DNA of 56,996 bases from Candidatus Tectomicrobia bacterium RIFCSPLOWO2_12_FULL_69_37 (GCA_001790955.1 MGDP01000055.1:1-56996); one strand, 5' to 3'; positions 40,799 through 48,151 are shown, counted from the stretch's first letter. Translations and numbers: made by a program. Notes: a model not told the origin generated them from the letters alone.

Positions 40799-41473
40799 TC
40801 AGCGGACGTCGTTGTAGTAGCGCGACAGCTTGGAGGGGGGTACTCCCAGCATGTAAAGTGCGCTCAGTCCCCACCAGATCTGGAAGCTTTTCCCCTTCCC
40901 CCATCTCTCGATCCGCCTCGCGCTCGTCCTGATCGCGTCATCGAGCATCGTCAACCTCCCGGCGGCGCGGAGCCGGCTGCTGAGATCCAGATCCTCGAAG
41001 ATCGGGAGTTCCCGGTAGCCTCCGACCGCCCGGAACGTTTCCCTCCGGACGAAGATCGCCTGATCGCCGAGGAACAGCTTGAACAACCTTCCCCTGGTGT
41101 TGGCGCTCAGGCTGATGAAGCGGCTGTACCAGCCGTCCTTGTCGAAGCGGTGGGTGAAGGCCCCGCCGGCAACCTTCGGGTCCCGCATCGCCTCCTGGAT
41201 TCTCGCGAGCGCGCCGGGCGGAAGGCGCGTGTCGCAATGGAGGAAGAGAAGAATGTCCCCCTTCGCGGCGGATGCCCCGAGGTTCATCTGCTTCGCGCGG
41301 CCGGGCCCGGAACGCATGAGGCGGCCGCGCCCGTCCAGCATCTCGGCCGTCCCGTCCGTGCTTCCGCCGTCGACGACGATCAGTTCCTTCGCGCCCGGCT
41401 GGCCTTCGACGTCCGCAATCAGCGAGGCGATGGCCTTCGCCTCATTCAGCACGGGGACGATGATGGATATCAC
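40799..41473 (-). CDS. family 2 glycosyltransferase (small, single domain)
   Basis: 224 aa, GTG start. ISIIVPVLNEAKAI...ELIVVDGGSTDGT, with the D-x-D region at FLHCDTRL. Confidence 0.8.
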   Translation of the reverse strand: MISIIVPVLNEAKAIASLIADVEGQPGAKELIVVDGGSTDGTAEMLDGRGRLMRSGPGRAKQMNLGASAAKGDILLFLHCDTRLPPGALARIQEAMRDPKVAGGAFTHRFDKDGWYSRFISLSANTRGRLFKLFLGDQAIFVRRETFRAVGGYRELPIFEDLDLSSRLRAAGRLTMLDDAIRTSARRIERWGKGKSFQIWWGLSALYMLGVPPSKLSRYYNDVR

Positions 41474-41586
41474 GATGGTGGCTCCGCCTGGAGGCGAAAA
41501 AACCCGGACCGGCGATTCCTCGCGCGGGGAGCCAATTTACCACGAAAGTCCCTCCCCGCCGGGGAGGAGGGAGGTCCGGTCCGGCT

Positions 41587-41609
41587 GGCGGAATGAAACC
41601 CCCGCCCGG
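41587..41609 (+). repeat. copy 2 of the GGCGGAATGAAACCCCCGYCCGG repeat
   Basis: Matches 36558..36580 at 22/23 positions. Here it forms the left arm of the hairpin downstream of tRNA-Glu. Confidence 0.7.
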
Positions 41610-41625
41610 CTGCCCGGGCGGGTTT
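41596..41625 (-). terminator. hairpin downstream of tRNA-Glu (probable intrinsic terminator, T-rich on both sides)
   Basis: Stem CCCGCCCGG (41601..41609) / CCGGGCGGG (41614..41622), 4-nt loop, flanked by AAA...TTT. Lies 24 nt past the tRNA 3' end on the minus strand. Confidence 0.5.
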
Positions 41626-41645
41626 CCTTGTATCGGATGAAATCG

Positions 41646-41720
41646 TGGTGACCCCTAGGGGACTCGAACCCCTGTTACCGGCGTGAGAGGCCGGTGTCCT
41701 GACCGCTAGACGAAGGGGCC
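41646..41720 (-). tRNA. tRNA-Glu (anticodon CUC), CCA encoded
   Basis: The minus strand reads GGCCCCTTCGTCTAGCGGTCAGGACACCGGCCTCTCACGCCGGTAACAGGGGTTCGAGTCCCCTAGGGGTCACCA. It folds by hand into a 75-nt cloverleaf: 7-bp acceptor with one G-U, GTCT/GGAC D stem, CCGGC/GCCGG anticodon stem, loop CTCTCAC, and a GGTTCGAGTCC T arm. Confidence 0.93.
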
Positions 41721-41775
41721 AGCAAAAGGCTTTGCGCTGAGGAAGAAAGGAAAAATCCCTCTCTCCAGGGGCCGG

Positions 41776-41804
41776 AATGTAGCCCCTCCCTCGGGCAGAG
41801 TCAA
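41776..41804 (-). promoter_or_regulatory. candidate sigma70-type promoter for tRNA-Glu
   Basis: On the minus strand: TTGACT (41804..41799), 17-nt spacer, TACATT (41781..41776). About 55 nt upstream of the mature tRNA 5' end. Confidence 0.5.
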
Positions 41805-41844
41805 CCTGCCCGCCCTTTTCCCGGAATCCTCAAACGGGTAGATT

Positions 41845-41881
41845 GCCCCCTGCGGCGCGGGGCGGCCGCGGGGGCTTTTTT
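41845..41881 (+). terminator. intrinsic-terminator-like hairpin + T6 directly upstream of the moxR RBS
   Basis: GCCCCC(T)GCGGC...GCCGCGGGGGC stem (11 bp, one bulge) followed by TTTTTT (41876..41881). RBS GGGAGG at 41886 and ATG at 41897. No plus-strand gene upstream. Confidence 0.45.
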
Positions 41882-41896
41882 CGCCGGGAGGCGGGC

Positions 41897-42841
41897 ATGA
41901 AGGCGCCACGAAAGGGAGAGGGGAAGGGCGCCCCCTCCGCCCAGGAGCTCGTCAGCCGCTTCGCGGTGGAGGGCTTCGTGCTCTCGCGCCCGGCGGCGCG
42001 CGCCCTGGCCCTGGCGGACGCGCTGGAGAAGCCCCTCCTCCTCGAAGGCCCCCCGGGAGTGGGGAAGACCGAGATCGCCCGCCTCTGGGCCCGGGCGACC
42101 GGGAGCCCGCTGGTGCGCCTCCAGTGCTACGAGGGGCTGGACGAGGCGCGGGCGCTCTACGAGTGGTCCTACGGCAAGCAGATCCTCTACAGCCAGCTCC
42201 TGCGGGAGAAGGTGGGGGAGGTGCTGGGCGGGGCGCCCTCGCTGGAGGAAGCGGTCGCGCGCCTCAAGGGCCAGGCGGACGTCTTCTTCTCGATGGACTT
42301 CCTCCTTCCCCGCCCCCTGCTGCGCGCGCTGCTCTCGCCGGAGCGGGCGGTCTTGCTGGTGGACGAGATCGACCGGAGCGACGAGGAGTTCGAGGCCTTC
42401 CTCCTCGAGATGTTGCAGGATTTCCAGGTGAGCGTCCCCGAGCTGGGGACGGTGAAGGCCGTCCACCGGCCGCGCGTGGTCCTCACGAGCAACGACACGC
42501 GCGAGCTGGCCGATGCCCTGCGCCGCCGCTGCCTCTACCTCTACATCGACTACCCGGGCGTGGAGGAGGAGGCGGCCATCCTCGCCGCGCGCGCCCCGGG
42601 CCTCCCCGAGGCGCTGCGCCGCCAGCTCGCGGCCTTCGTGGGCCGCCTGCGCCGGGCCGGGCTCCGCAAGGCCCCGGGCGTGGCCGAGTCCATCGACTGG
42701 GCGCTCGCCCTGGCCGCCGTGGGCGCCGAAGATTTGGGAAGGCCAGCCCTGGAGGAAACCCTGGGCGCCCTCCTCAAGCACCGCGAGGACCTGAAGCAGG
42801 TGCTCGACAACCTCGGCGCCCTCCGCCCCCCCGCAGTCTAG
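41897..42841 (+). CDS. MoxR-class AAA+ ATPase (CbbQ/NorQ/CoxD-like)
   Basis: Internal ATG at 41897 of track ORF 41843..42841. Walker [15 protein letters not shown], Walker B VLLVDEIDRSDEEF, then VVLTSNDTREL. Confidence 0.88.
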   Translation: MKAPRKGEGKGAPSAQELVSRFAVEGFVLSRPAARALALADALEKPLLLEGPPGVGKTEIARLWARATGSPLVRLQCYEGLDEARALYEWSYGKQILYSQLLREKVGEVLGGAPSLEEAVARLKGQADVFFSMDFLLPRPLLRALLSPERAVLLVDEIDRSDEEFEAFLLEMLQDFQVSVPELGTVKAVHRPRVVLTSNDTRELADALRRRCLYLYIDYPGVEEEAAILAARAPGLPEALRRQLAAFVGRLRRAGLRKAPGVAESIDWALALAAVGAEDLGRPALEETLGALLKHREDLKQVLDNLGALRPPAV

Positions 42842-42853
42842 CCGGGGCGATCC

Positions 42854-44233
42854 ATGCAGAAGGGCCTCGCCCGCTTCGCCCGCCGCCTCCGCCGGGAGGG
42901 GCTGCGCGTCTCGACGGGGGAGATGCTGGACGCGGCGCGCGTCCTCCTGGCGGATGAGCGCGCGGGCGGCCTCGCCGATAAGGAGAGGCTCCGCGAGGCG
43001 CTCCGCCTCGCCCTGGTGAAGCGGCGCAGCGATTTCGCGCGCTTCGACGCGGCCTTCGAGGTCCACTTCGCCACGCCCGGCGGCAGGGCCGAGGAGAAGA
43101 AGCGCAGGCGCCGCAAGGGCCGGGCAGCTCAAGGAGGGGAAGGGGGCAAGGGCCGCGCCTCCACGCCCGCCGGAGCCCCCTCCGCGGGCTCCCTCTCTCC
43201 CGCCCAGCGCCTCAGCAAGCTGCGCCTCCCGCGTCCCTTGCGGCCCGAGACGCCGTCCTCGCAGCCGAGCCAAGAGGCGAGCGAGGAGAGCAACGAGCAC
43301 CCTCCCACGCCCGAGGAAGCCGCCGCTGCCCTCGCCGAGTCCCTGCTGGAGCGGAAAGGGGATGGGGAAGAGGCTGAGAGGAAGGGGAAGGAGAGGTTCG
43401 GCTGCCCCGTCCTCCGCGCGGAGCGGCGGCCCGCCGAGCGGCGCCCCTCTGCCCTTCGGCCCGCCGTCGAGCGGAAGGACCTGCGGGGGGACTGGATGGC
43501 GGAGGAGGAGCGGGCGCTCGCCGATGAGGTCGAGCGCGAGCTCCTGCGCCTGCGGATGCGCCGGGTGCGCCGGAAGCGCCTGGCCCGGCGGGGGACGCTC
43601 TGGGTGCAGCGGGCGCTCCGCCTCTCGGTGGGGACGGACGGGGTGCCCATGCGCCTCCCGCGGCGGCGCCCCGGCCGGCGGGAGCCGCGGCTCCTCCTCC
43701 TGGTGGACGTCTCGGGCTCGGCGGCGCGGGCGGCGGCCTCCTTCCTCGCCCTGGCGGCGCGGCTAGGGGAGTCCTTCCGGAAGATCGCCGTCTACTTCTA
43801 CGTGGACGGCGCCCACGAGGCGGCGGAGCTCCTCCCGGGCTTCCTCCGCGAGCGCCCCACCCGGGCCGCGCTGGAGCGGGCGGCCTCCCAGATCCCCGGC
43901 CTGAACCTTCACGCGCTGAGCGACATGGGCCGGGCGCTCTACCAGGTGCTCGGGTGGGAGGAGCGGGCGCTGCGGCGGGACACCCTGGTCCTCATCCTCG
44001 GGGACGGGCGCAACAACGGCCTCGACCCCTGCGCCTGGGCGCTCGAAGCCATGCGGGCGAGGGCGCGCAAGGTGGTCTGGCTGGTGCCCGAGCCCTACCG
44101 GCTGTGGGGGACGGGGGACTCCGACCTCCGGGCCTACGCCCCCCACTGCGACCTGATGGTGGAGGCCTCGGACTTGGAGGGCCTGAAGCGGGGGCTGCGC
44201 CGGGCGGGGAGCCGCCTGATGGTGCGGGGCTAG
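42854..44233 (+). CDS. VWA domain-containing CoxE-like protein with a long charged low-complexity linker
   Basis: 459 aa. N-terminus MQKGLARFARRLRREGLRVSTGEMLDAARVL. VWA MIDAS-like LLLLVDVSGSAARAA near the C-terminal third. Follows the MoxR ATPase. Confidence 0.82.
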   Translation: MQKGLARFARRLRREGLRVSTGEMLDAARVLLADERAGGLADKERLREALRLALVKRRSDFARFDAAFEVHFATPGGRAEEKKRRRRKGRAAQGGEGGKGRASTPAGAPSAGSLSPAQRLSKLRLPRPLRPETPSSQPSQEASEESNEHPPTPEEAAAALAESLLERKGDGEEAERKGKERFGCPVLRAERRPAERRPSALRPAVERKDLRGDWMAEEERALADEVERELLRLRMRRVRRKRLARRGTLWVQRALRLSVGTDGVPMRLPRRRPGRREPRLLLLVDVSGSAARAAASFLALAARLGESFRKIAVYFYVDGAHEAAELLPGFLRERPTRAALERAASQIPGLNLHALSDMGRALYQVLGWEERALRRDTLVLILGDGRNNGLDPCAWALEAMRARARKVVWLVPEPYRLWGTGDSDLRAYAPHCDLMVEASDLEGLKRGLRRAGSRLMVRG

Positions 44234-44234
44234 G

Positions 44235-45395
44235 TCAGAACGACTTGCGGAGGTAGTCGAGGCTCTTGAGGACGGTCTGCCGGAGGCCGTGCCTCTTGTA
44301 GTAGTTCGAGGAGAGGTGGAGGAGGGTGAGGGGGTTGTTGTACTTCGGCACTTTCTTCCCCGTCTCGATCTTCACGAGTTGGCCCATGCACTTCTGGCAG
44401 GTGGGGTGGATGAGCCTCCCGCCGGCGGCGTTCTTCCGGATGGACGCGGCCTTCGGGCCGTTGAAGATCTCCTCGATGGACTGCTCGTTCGCGTTGCCGA
44501 GGGCGAGGGTGCCCTCGTAGTCGTTGCAGCAATAGGTGGCCGTCCCGTTCCAGAGCACCGCGAAGGTGCCCGCCGCCGGCCCGCCGTTGATGGCGGCGCA
44601 GTAGCCGGCCGCGCTCGGCCGGAACTCGTAGCCCAGCTGCACCATCGCGCCCGCCCAGTGGTGGGCGGCCTTGAGGAAGAGGGTCACGCCCGGGTAGACG
44701 GGGTAGTCGCGCTCCACGTCGGCCAGGCTGACGGGAGGGGGGCTGACCCGGGCCGCGCCCTCGGGGTCGAGCCCGCGGAAGAAGGCCCGCCACTTGCCGA
44801 TGATCTCCTCGGCCTGCTCCCGGCTCACGATCAGGAGGTCGCCCGGCGAGCCCGGCTTCACGTTGCCCACCATGTAGTGCATGGTCACCTTGCCGGGATG
44901 GCGCCGCTCGACCTTCATCCGCAGGAAGCGCTCCACCCCCCCTACGTAGTTGTCGTAGGTCAAGCGCCCGGCGCGGCGAAGGACGAAGGAGTCCTGGTCG
45001 ATGCTCTGGATGCTCAAGGTCAGGTTGTCGACCGGGACGGAGAGGATCCGCTCGATGTGCTTCTCGGTGAGGAGGGAGGAGTTGGTGTAGAGGCTGAGCT
45101 TCAGGCCGCACCCGTGGGCGTGGCGGGCGAGCTCGTCGAACTTGGGGTGGAGGAGGGGCTCGCCCATGACGTGGAAGAACACCCGCTCGGCCATCCGCTT
45201 GTCGGCCAGCTCCCGCATGACCTTCTTGGCGAGGCCCACGTCCATCAGGCCGCGGGGGCGCTTCATGATCCCGTCCGGGCAGAAGTCGCAGCACATGTTG
45301 CAGTGGCTGGTCAGCTCGAGGAGGAAGATGGAGAAGCGGATGCCCGGGTCCGCCGCCGCTCGCTGGGCGGCCGGCAGGGGGGTGGCCGTCGTCAT
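44235..45395 (-). CDS. radical SAM / SPASM-domain protein
   Basis: Internal ATG at 45395 (GGGAGG 9 nt upstream) of track ORF 44235..45539. LTSHCNMCCDFCP has CxxxCxxC. C-terminal Cys-rich region GYCAA...YCCNDYEG...HPTCQKCMG. Confidence 0.85.
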   Translation of the reverse strand: MTTATPLPAAQRAAADPGIRFSIFLLELTSHCNMCCDFCPDGIMKRPRGLMDVGLAKKVMRELADKRMAERVFFHVMGEPLLHPKFDELARHAHGCGLKLSLYTNSSLLTEKHIERILSVPVDNLTLSIQSIDQDSFVLRRAGRLTYDNYVGGVERFLRMKVERRHPGKVTMHYMVGNVKPGSPGDLLIVSREQAEEIIGKWRAFFRGLDPEGAARVSPPPVSLADVERDYPVYPGVTLFLKAAHHWAGAMVQLGYEFRPSAAGYCAAINGGPAAGTFAVLWNGTATYCCNDYEGTLALGNANEQSIEEIFNGPKAASIRKNAAGGRLIHPTCQKCMGQLVKIETGKKVPKYNNPLTLLHLSSNYYKRHGLRQTVLKSLDYLRKSF

Positions 45396-45610
45396 GGGGG
45401 TGGGCCTCCCTCGCCTCCGCTGGCGGAACCCCGGCACCGGGTCGGCGTCAATGGCCGCATGATAGCACAATGGGGGGCGCCGCGCCGGTTGACGCCGCGC
45501 GCCCCTCTCGTCCAAGGTGAGGGAAATTCCGTCACGCATCTGAGACGGCAGCCGGCCCCCGGGCCGCCGCCTGGCCCGAGAGGCCGGTGAGAAAAGGAGG
45601 GTCCGCCGCC

Positions 45611-46228
45611 ATGATGTTCTCCATCAAGATCTACGATATCAAGGGCTCCCAGAAACTCCGGGACATCCACCGCCAGGCCCACCTGGACTACCTCAAGTCG
45701 TTCGACGCGAAGACCCTCTTCGCCGGCCCATTCCTCGCCGAGGACAACGAGACCGAGCTGGGGAGCATGCGCCTGCTCGACTTCCCCGGCCGCGCCGCCG
45801 CCGAGAAACACGTGGCGGACGAGCCCTTCATCATCGGCGGGGTACAGGAGCGCCCCGCCGTCCACCGCTGGCGGCCGGGCGTGCCCCACACCTGGCGTGA
45901 CTGCCCCCGCACGGAGGGGAACGAGCAGTTCTACGTCTTCGTCCTCGACAAGCCGGGGAGCATGGCCCTGCGCGCCAGGCTCAAGGACGTGAACCGAAAT
46001 TACGTTGGGGGCTTCACCAAGAACGTCATGGTGCGCGGGCCGCTGCTCTCCGACGACGGGAAGGGCGAGATCGGCACCACCATGCTCCTCGACTTCCCGG
46101 GCATGGCCGCCGCCCGGGCCTTCCTCCAGGGCGCGCCCTACAACCGGGAAGGCCTCTGGGGCCAGGTCGAGTTCTACCGCTGGCGCTTCGGCCGGGTCTT
46201 CGACCGCCTCAAGGTGCCGGCGAAGTAG
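45611..46228 (+). CDS. double YciI-like (YCII) domain protein, paralog 1
   Basis: ATG 45611 after AAGGAGG, 205 aa. N-domain RDIHRQAHLDYL...AGPF...VADEPFIIGG. A second, degenerate YciI-like half follows. Confidence 0.8.
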   Translation: MMFSIKIYDIKGSQKLRDIHRQAHLDYLKSFDAKTLFAGPFLAEDNETELGSMRLLDFPGRAAAEKHVADEPFIIGGVQERPAVHRWRPGVPHTWRDCPRTEGNEQFYVFVLDKPGSMALRARLKDVNRNYVGGFTKNVMVRGPLLSDDGKGEIGTTMLLDFPGMAAARAFLQGAPYNREGLWGQVEFYRWRFGRVFDRLKVPAK

Positions 46229-46261
46229 GGAAGGGGCCGCCGGAGGGGAGGATCCGCCGTC

Positions 46262-46879
46262 ATGATGTTCTCGATCAAGATCTACGACAAGCCTGGTTCC
46301 CAGCCCCTGCGGGACATCCACCGGAAGGCCCATCTCGACTACCTCAAGTCGTTTGACGGGAAGACCATCTTCGCCGGGCCCTTCCTCGCCGAGGACAACG
46401 CGACCGAGCTGGGCAGCATGCGCCTGCTGGACTTCCCGGACCGCGCCGCCACCGAGAAGCACGTGGCGGATGAGCCCTTCATTATCGGCGGGGTGCAGGA
46501 GCGCCCCGCCATCCACCGCTGGCGGCCGGGCCTGCCCTACACCTGGCGGGACTGCCCCCGCAAGGAAGGCAACCAGCAGTTCTACCTCCACGCCCTCGAC
46601 GGGCCGGGCAGCCGGAAGCTGCGCGAGAAGGTCCAGCCCGAGAACCGGCAGTACTTCAAGCAGTTCGAGGGCAACTTCATGGCGCGGGGGCCTCTCCTCT
46701 CGGACGACGGCGAGCGCGAGATCGGGACCGTCATGCTCCTCGACTTCCCGGGCCTGGACGCGGCCAAGGCTTTCTTCCAGGGCCTTCCCTTCTGCAAGGA
46801 GGGCGTCTACGAGAACCCCGAGTTCCACCGCTGGCGCTTCGGCCGCGTCTTCGACCGCCTGAAGGTGCCGGTGAAGTAG
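46262..46879 (+). CDS. double YciI-like (YCII) domain protein, paralog 2
   Basis: ATG 46262 after GGAGGGGAGGA, 205 aa. 99/117 identical to paralog 1 over the first 117 aa by hand alignment, with an identical C-terminal RWRFGRVFDRLKVP. Confidence 0.8.
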   Translation: MMFSIKIYDKPGSQPLRDIHRKAHLDYLKSFDGKTIFAGPFLAEDNATELGSMRLLDFPDRAATEKHVADEPFIIGGVQERPAIHRWRPGLPYTWRDCPRKEGNQQFYLHALDGPGSRKLREKVQPENRQYFKQFEGNFMARGPLLSDDGEREIGTVMLLDFPGLDAAKAFFQGLPFCKEGVYENPEFHRWRFGRVFDRLKVPVK

Positions 46880-46882
46880 CCC

Positions 46883-48151
46883 TCACCTAAACGCGCAGGG
46901 GGGGAGATCCCGCTGGGAGGGGCGGGGAAGCCTGCGCTCGGCCGGCATGAGGAGGGGCATCTGCACCTCCCGGGCGGGGGGCGGGCCCAGGCGCCTGCCC
47001 CGGAGGGTGAGCCAGCCGGCGGCGCTCCGGCGGATGGTCCCCAGCCGCGCCAGGTCCTCGAAGCCCCGCAGGTGTACCTTCCGCCGCGCCTCCACCAGCC
47101 GCTTGGCCCAGACCGGCCCCACCCCCGGCACCCGGAGCAGCGCCTCGTAGCCCGCCGTGGTGATCTCGACCGGGAAGAGCTCCGGGTGGCGCCGGGCCCA
47201 GGCCATCTTGGGGTCCTCGTCCAGGGGGAGGTCCCCCCGCTCCCCCACCGGCAGGTCCTCGAAGGGGAACTTGTACTCCCGCAGCAGGTGCTCGGCCTGG
47301 TAGAGCCGGTGCTCGCGCAGCTTGGGCTCGGCGGCCCGGCCCTCCATGGGGGTCTCCTCCACGGGGACGAAGGCGCTGAAGTGGGCGTGGTGGAGCAGGC
47401 CCTCGCGCTGGAGGGCGTGGGAGGCGCGGAGCACCTGGGCGTCGCTCTCCCCGCTCGCCCCGACGATGAACTGAGTGGTCACCCCCGCGGCGAGGGCGCT
47501 CCCGCCGGGAGGGGCGTAACGCCCTCCTTGCGCGTCCCGATTCTCCAGGCGGCGCTCCCGGGCCATCCCGCCCATGCGGCGGAGGGCGGGGAGGAGGTCT
47601 TCCCCCAGCTTCTTCTCGGGGGCCATGGCGCGCAGGCCGGGCTCGGTGGCCGCCTCCAGGTTGACCGAGAGCCGGGTGGCGAGCTGGGCGGCGCGCTCGA
47701 TCTGGGCGGCCTCGGCCCCGGGCAGCATCTTGAGGTGGATGTAGCCCTCGAAGCCGTGCCGGCCGCGCAGGAGCTCGGCCGCCGCGATCATCCGGTCCAC
47801 CCCCTTCACCCCGCTCCCCGGCACCCCGCTCGTGAGGAAGAGGCCCTCCGCCCGCCCGTCCTTGTGGAGGGCCATGAAGGCTCCGGCCAGCTCCTCGGGG
47901 GCCAGGGCGTAGCGGGGCATCTCGCGCGAGGCGCGCATGGGGCAGTAGGCGCAGTCGTAGCTGCAGGCGTTGGTCATCATGGTGGAGAGGAGAGGCATGA
48001 CCTGGCCGCGGGCGAGGACCACCGGGAAGACGGCGGGGATGTCCGAGCCGGGGAAGCGGCGGGGGAGCCCCGCGCGGGGCAGACCCTCGCGGTCGTCGAA
48101 GGACTGGCCGCCCAGGACGGCCAGCTTGTGGAGGGTCTTCTCGGTGATCAT
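46883..48151 (-). CDS. putative DNA modification/repair radical SAM protein with C-terminal helix-hairpin-helix
   Basis: Internal ATG at 48151 of track ORF 46883..48232. TNACSYDCAYCP radical SAM motif. C-terminal LLRVPGVGPVWAKRLVEARR HhH. Resembles TIGR03916 (ID from memory). Confidence 0.8.
   Translation of the reverse strand: MITEKTLHKLAVLGGQSFDDREGLPRAGLPRRFPGSDIPAVFPVVLARGQVMPLLSTMMTNACSYDCAYCPMRASREMPRYALAPEELAGAFMALHKDGRAEGLFLTSGVPGSGVKGVDRMIAAAELLRGRHGFEGYIHLKMLPGAEAAQIERAAQLATRLSVNLEAATEPGLRAMAPEKKLGEDLLPALRRMGGMARERRLENRDAQGGRYAPPGGSALAAGVTTQFIVGASGESDAQVLRASHALQREGLLHHAHFSAFVPVEETPMEGRAAEPKLREHRLYQAEHLLREYKFPFEDLPVGERGDLPLDEDPKMAWARRHPELFPVEITTAGYEALLRVPGVGPVWAKRLVEARRKVHLRGFEDLARLGTIRRSAAGWLTLRGRRLGPPPAREVQMPLLMPAERRLPRPSQRDLPPCAFR

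Noticed and set aside
37449-41720. Classical tRNA-targeted integrative island with an att duplication of the tRNA-Glu 3' end
   Set aside because: No integrase or excisionase gene is present. I found no copy of the tRNA 3' segment (…GGTTCGAGTCCCCTAGGGGTCACCA) at the distal boundary near 37450-37500, only a trivial TAGGGGA match. The compositional anomaly is kept as a finding, but not as a defined mobile element.
41843-41896. Upstream start (41843) for the MoxR ATPase as given in the ORF track
   Set aside because: The extra 18 codons are translated through the GC hairpin and T6 tract. ATG 41897 has a GGGAGG RBS at proper spacing and gives a normal MoxR N-terminus.
45396-45610. Short precursor-peptide (RiPP) ORF between the radical SAM/SPASM gene and the YciI genes
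   Set aside because: The only ATG-initiated candidate (MIAQWGAPRRLTPRAPLVQGEGNSVTHLRRQPAPGPPPGPRGR) has no RBS and has off-frame-like composition. It is not supportable from sequence alone.
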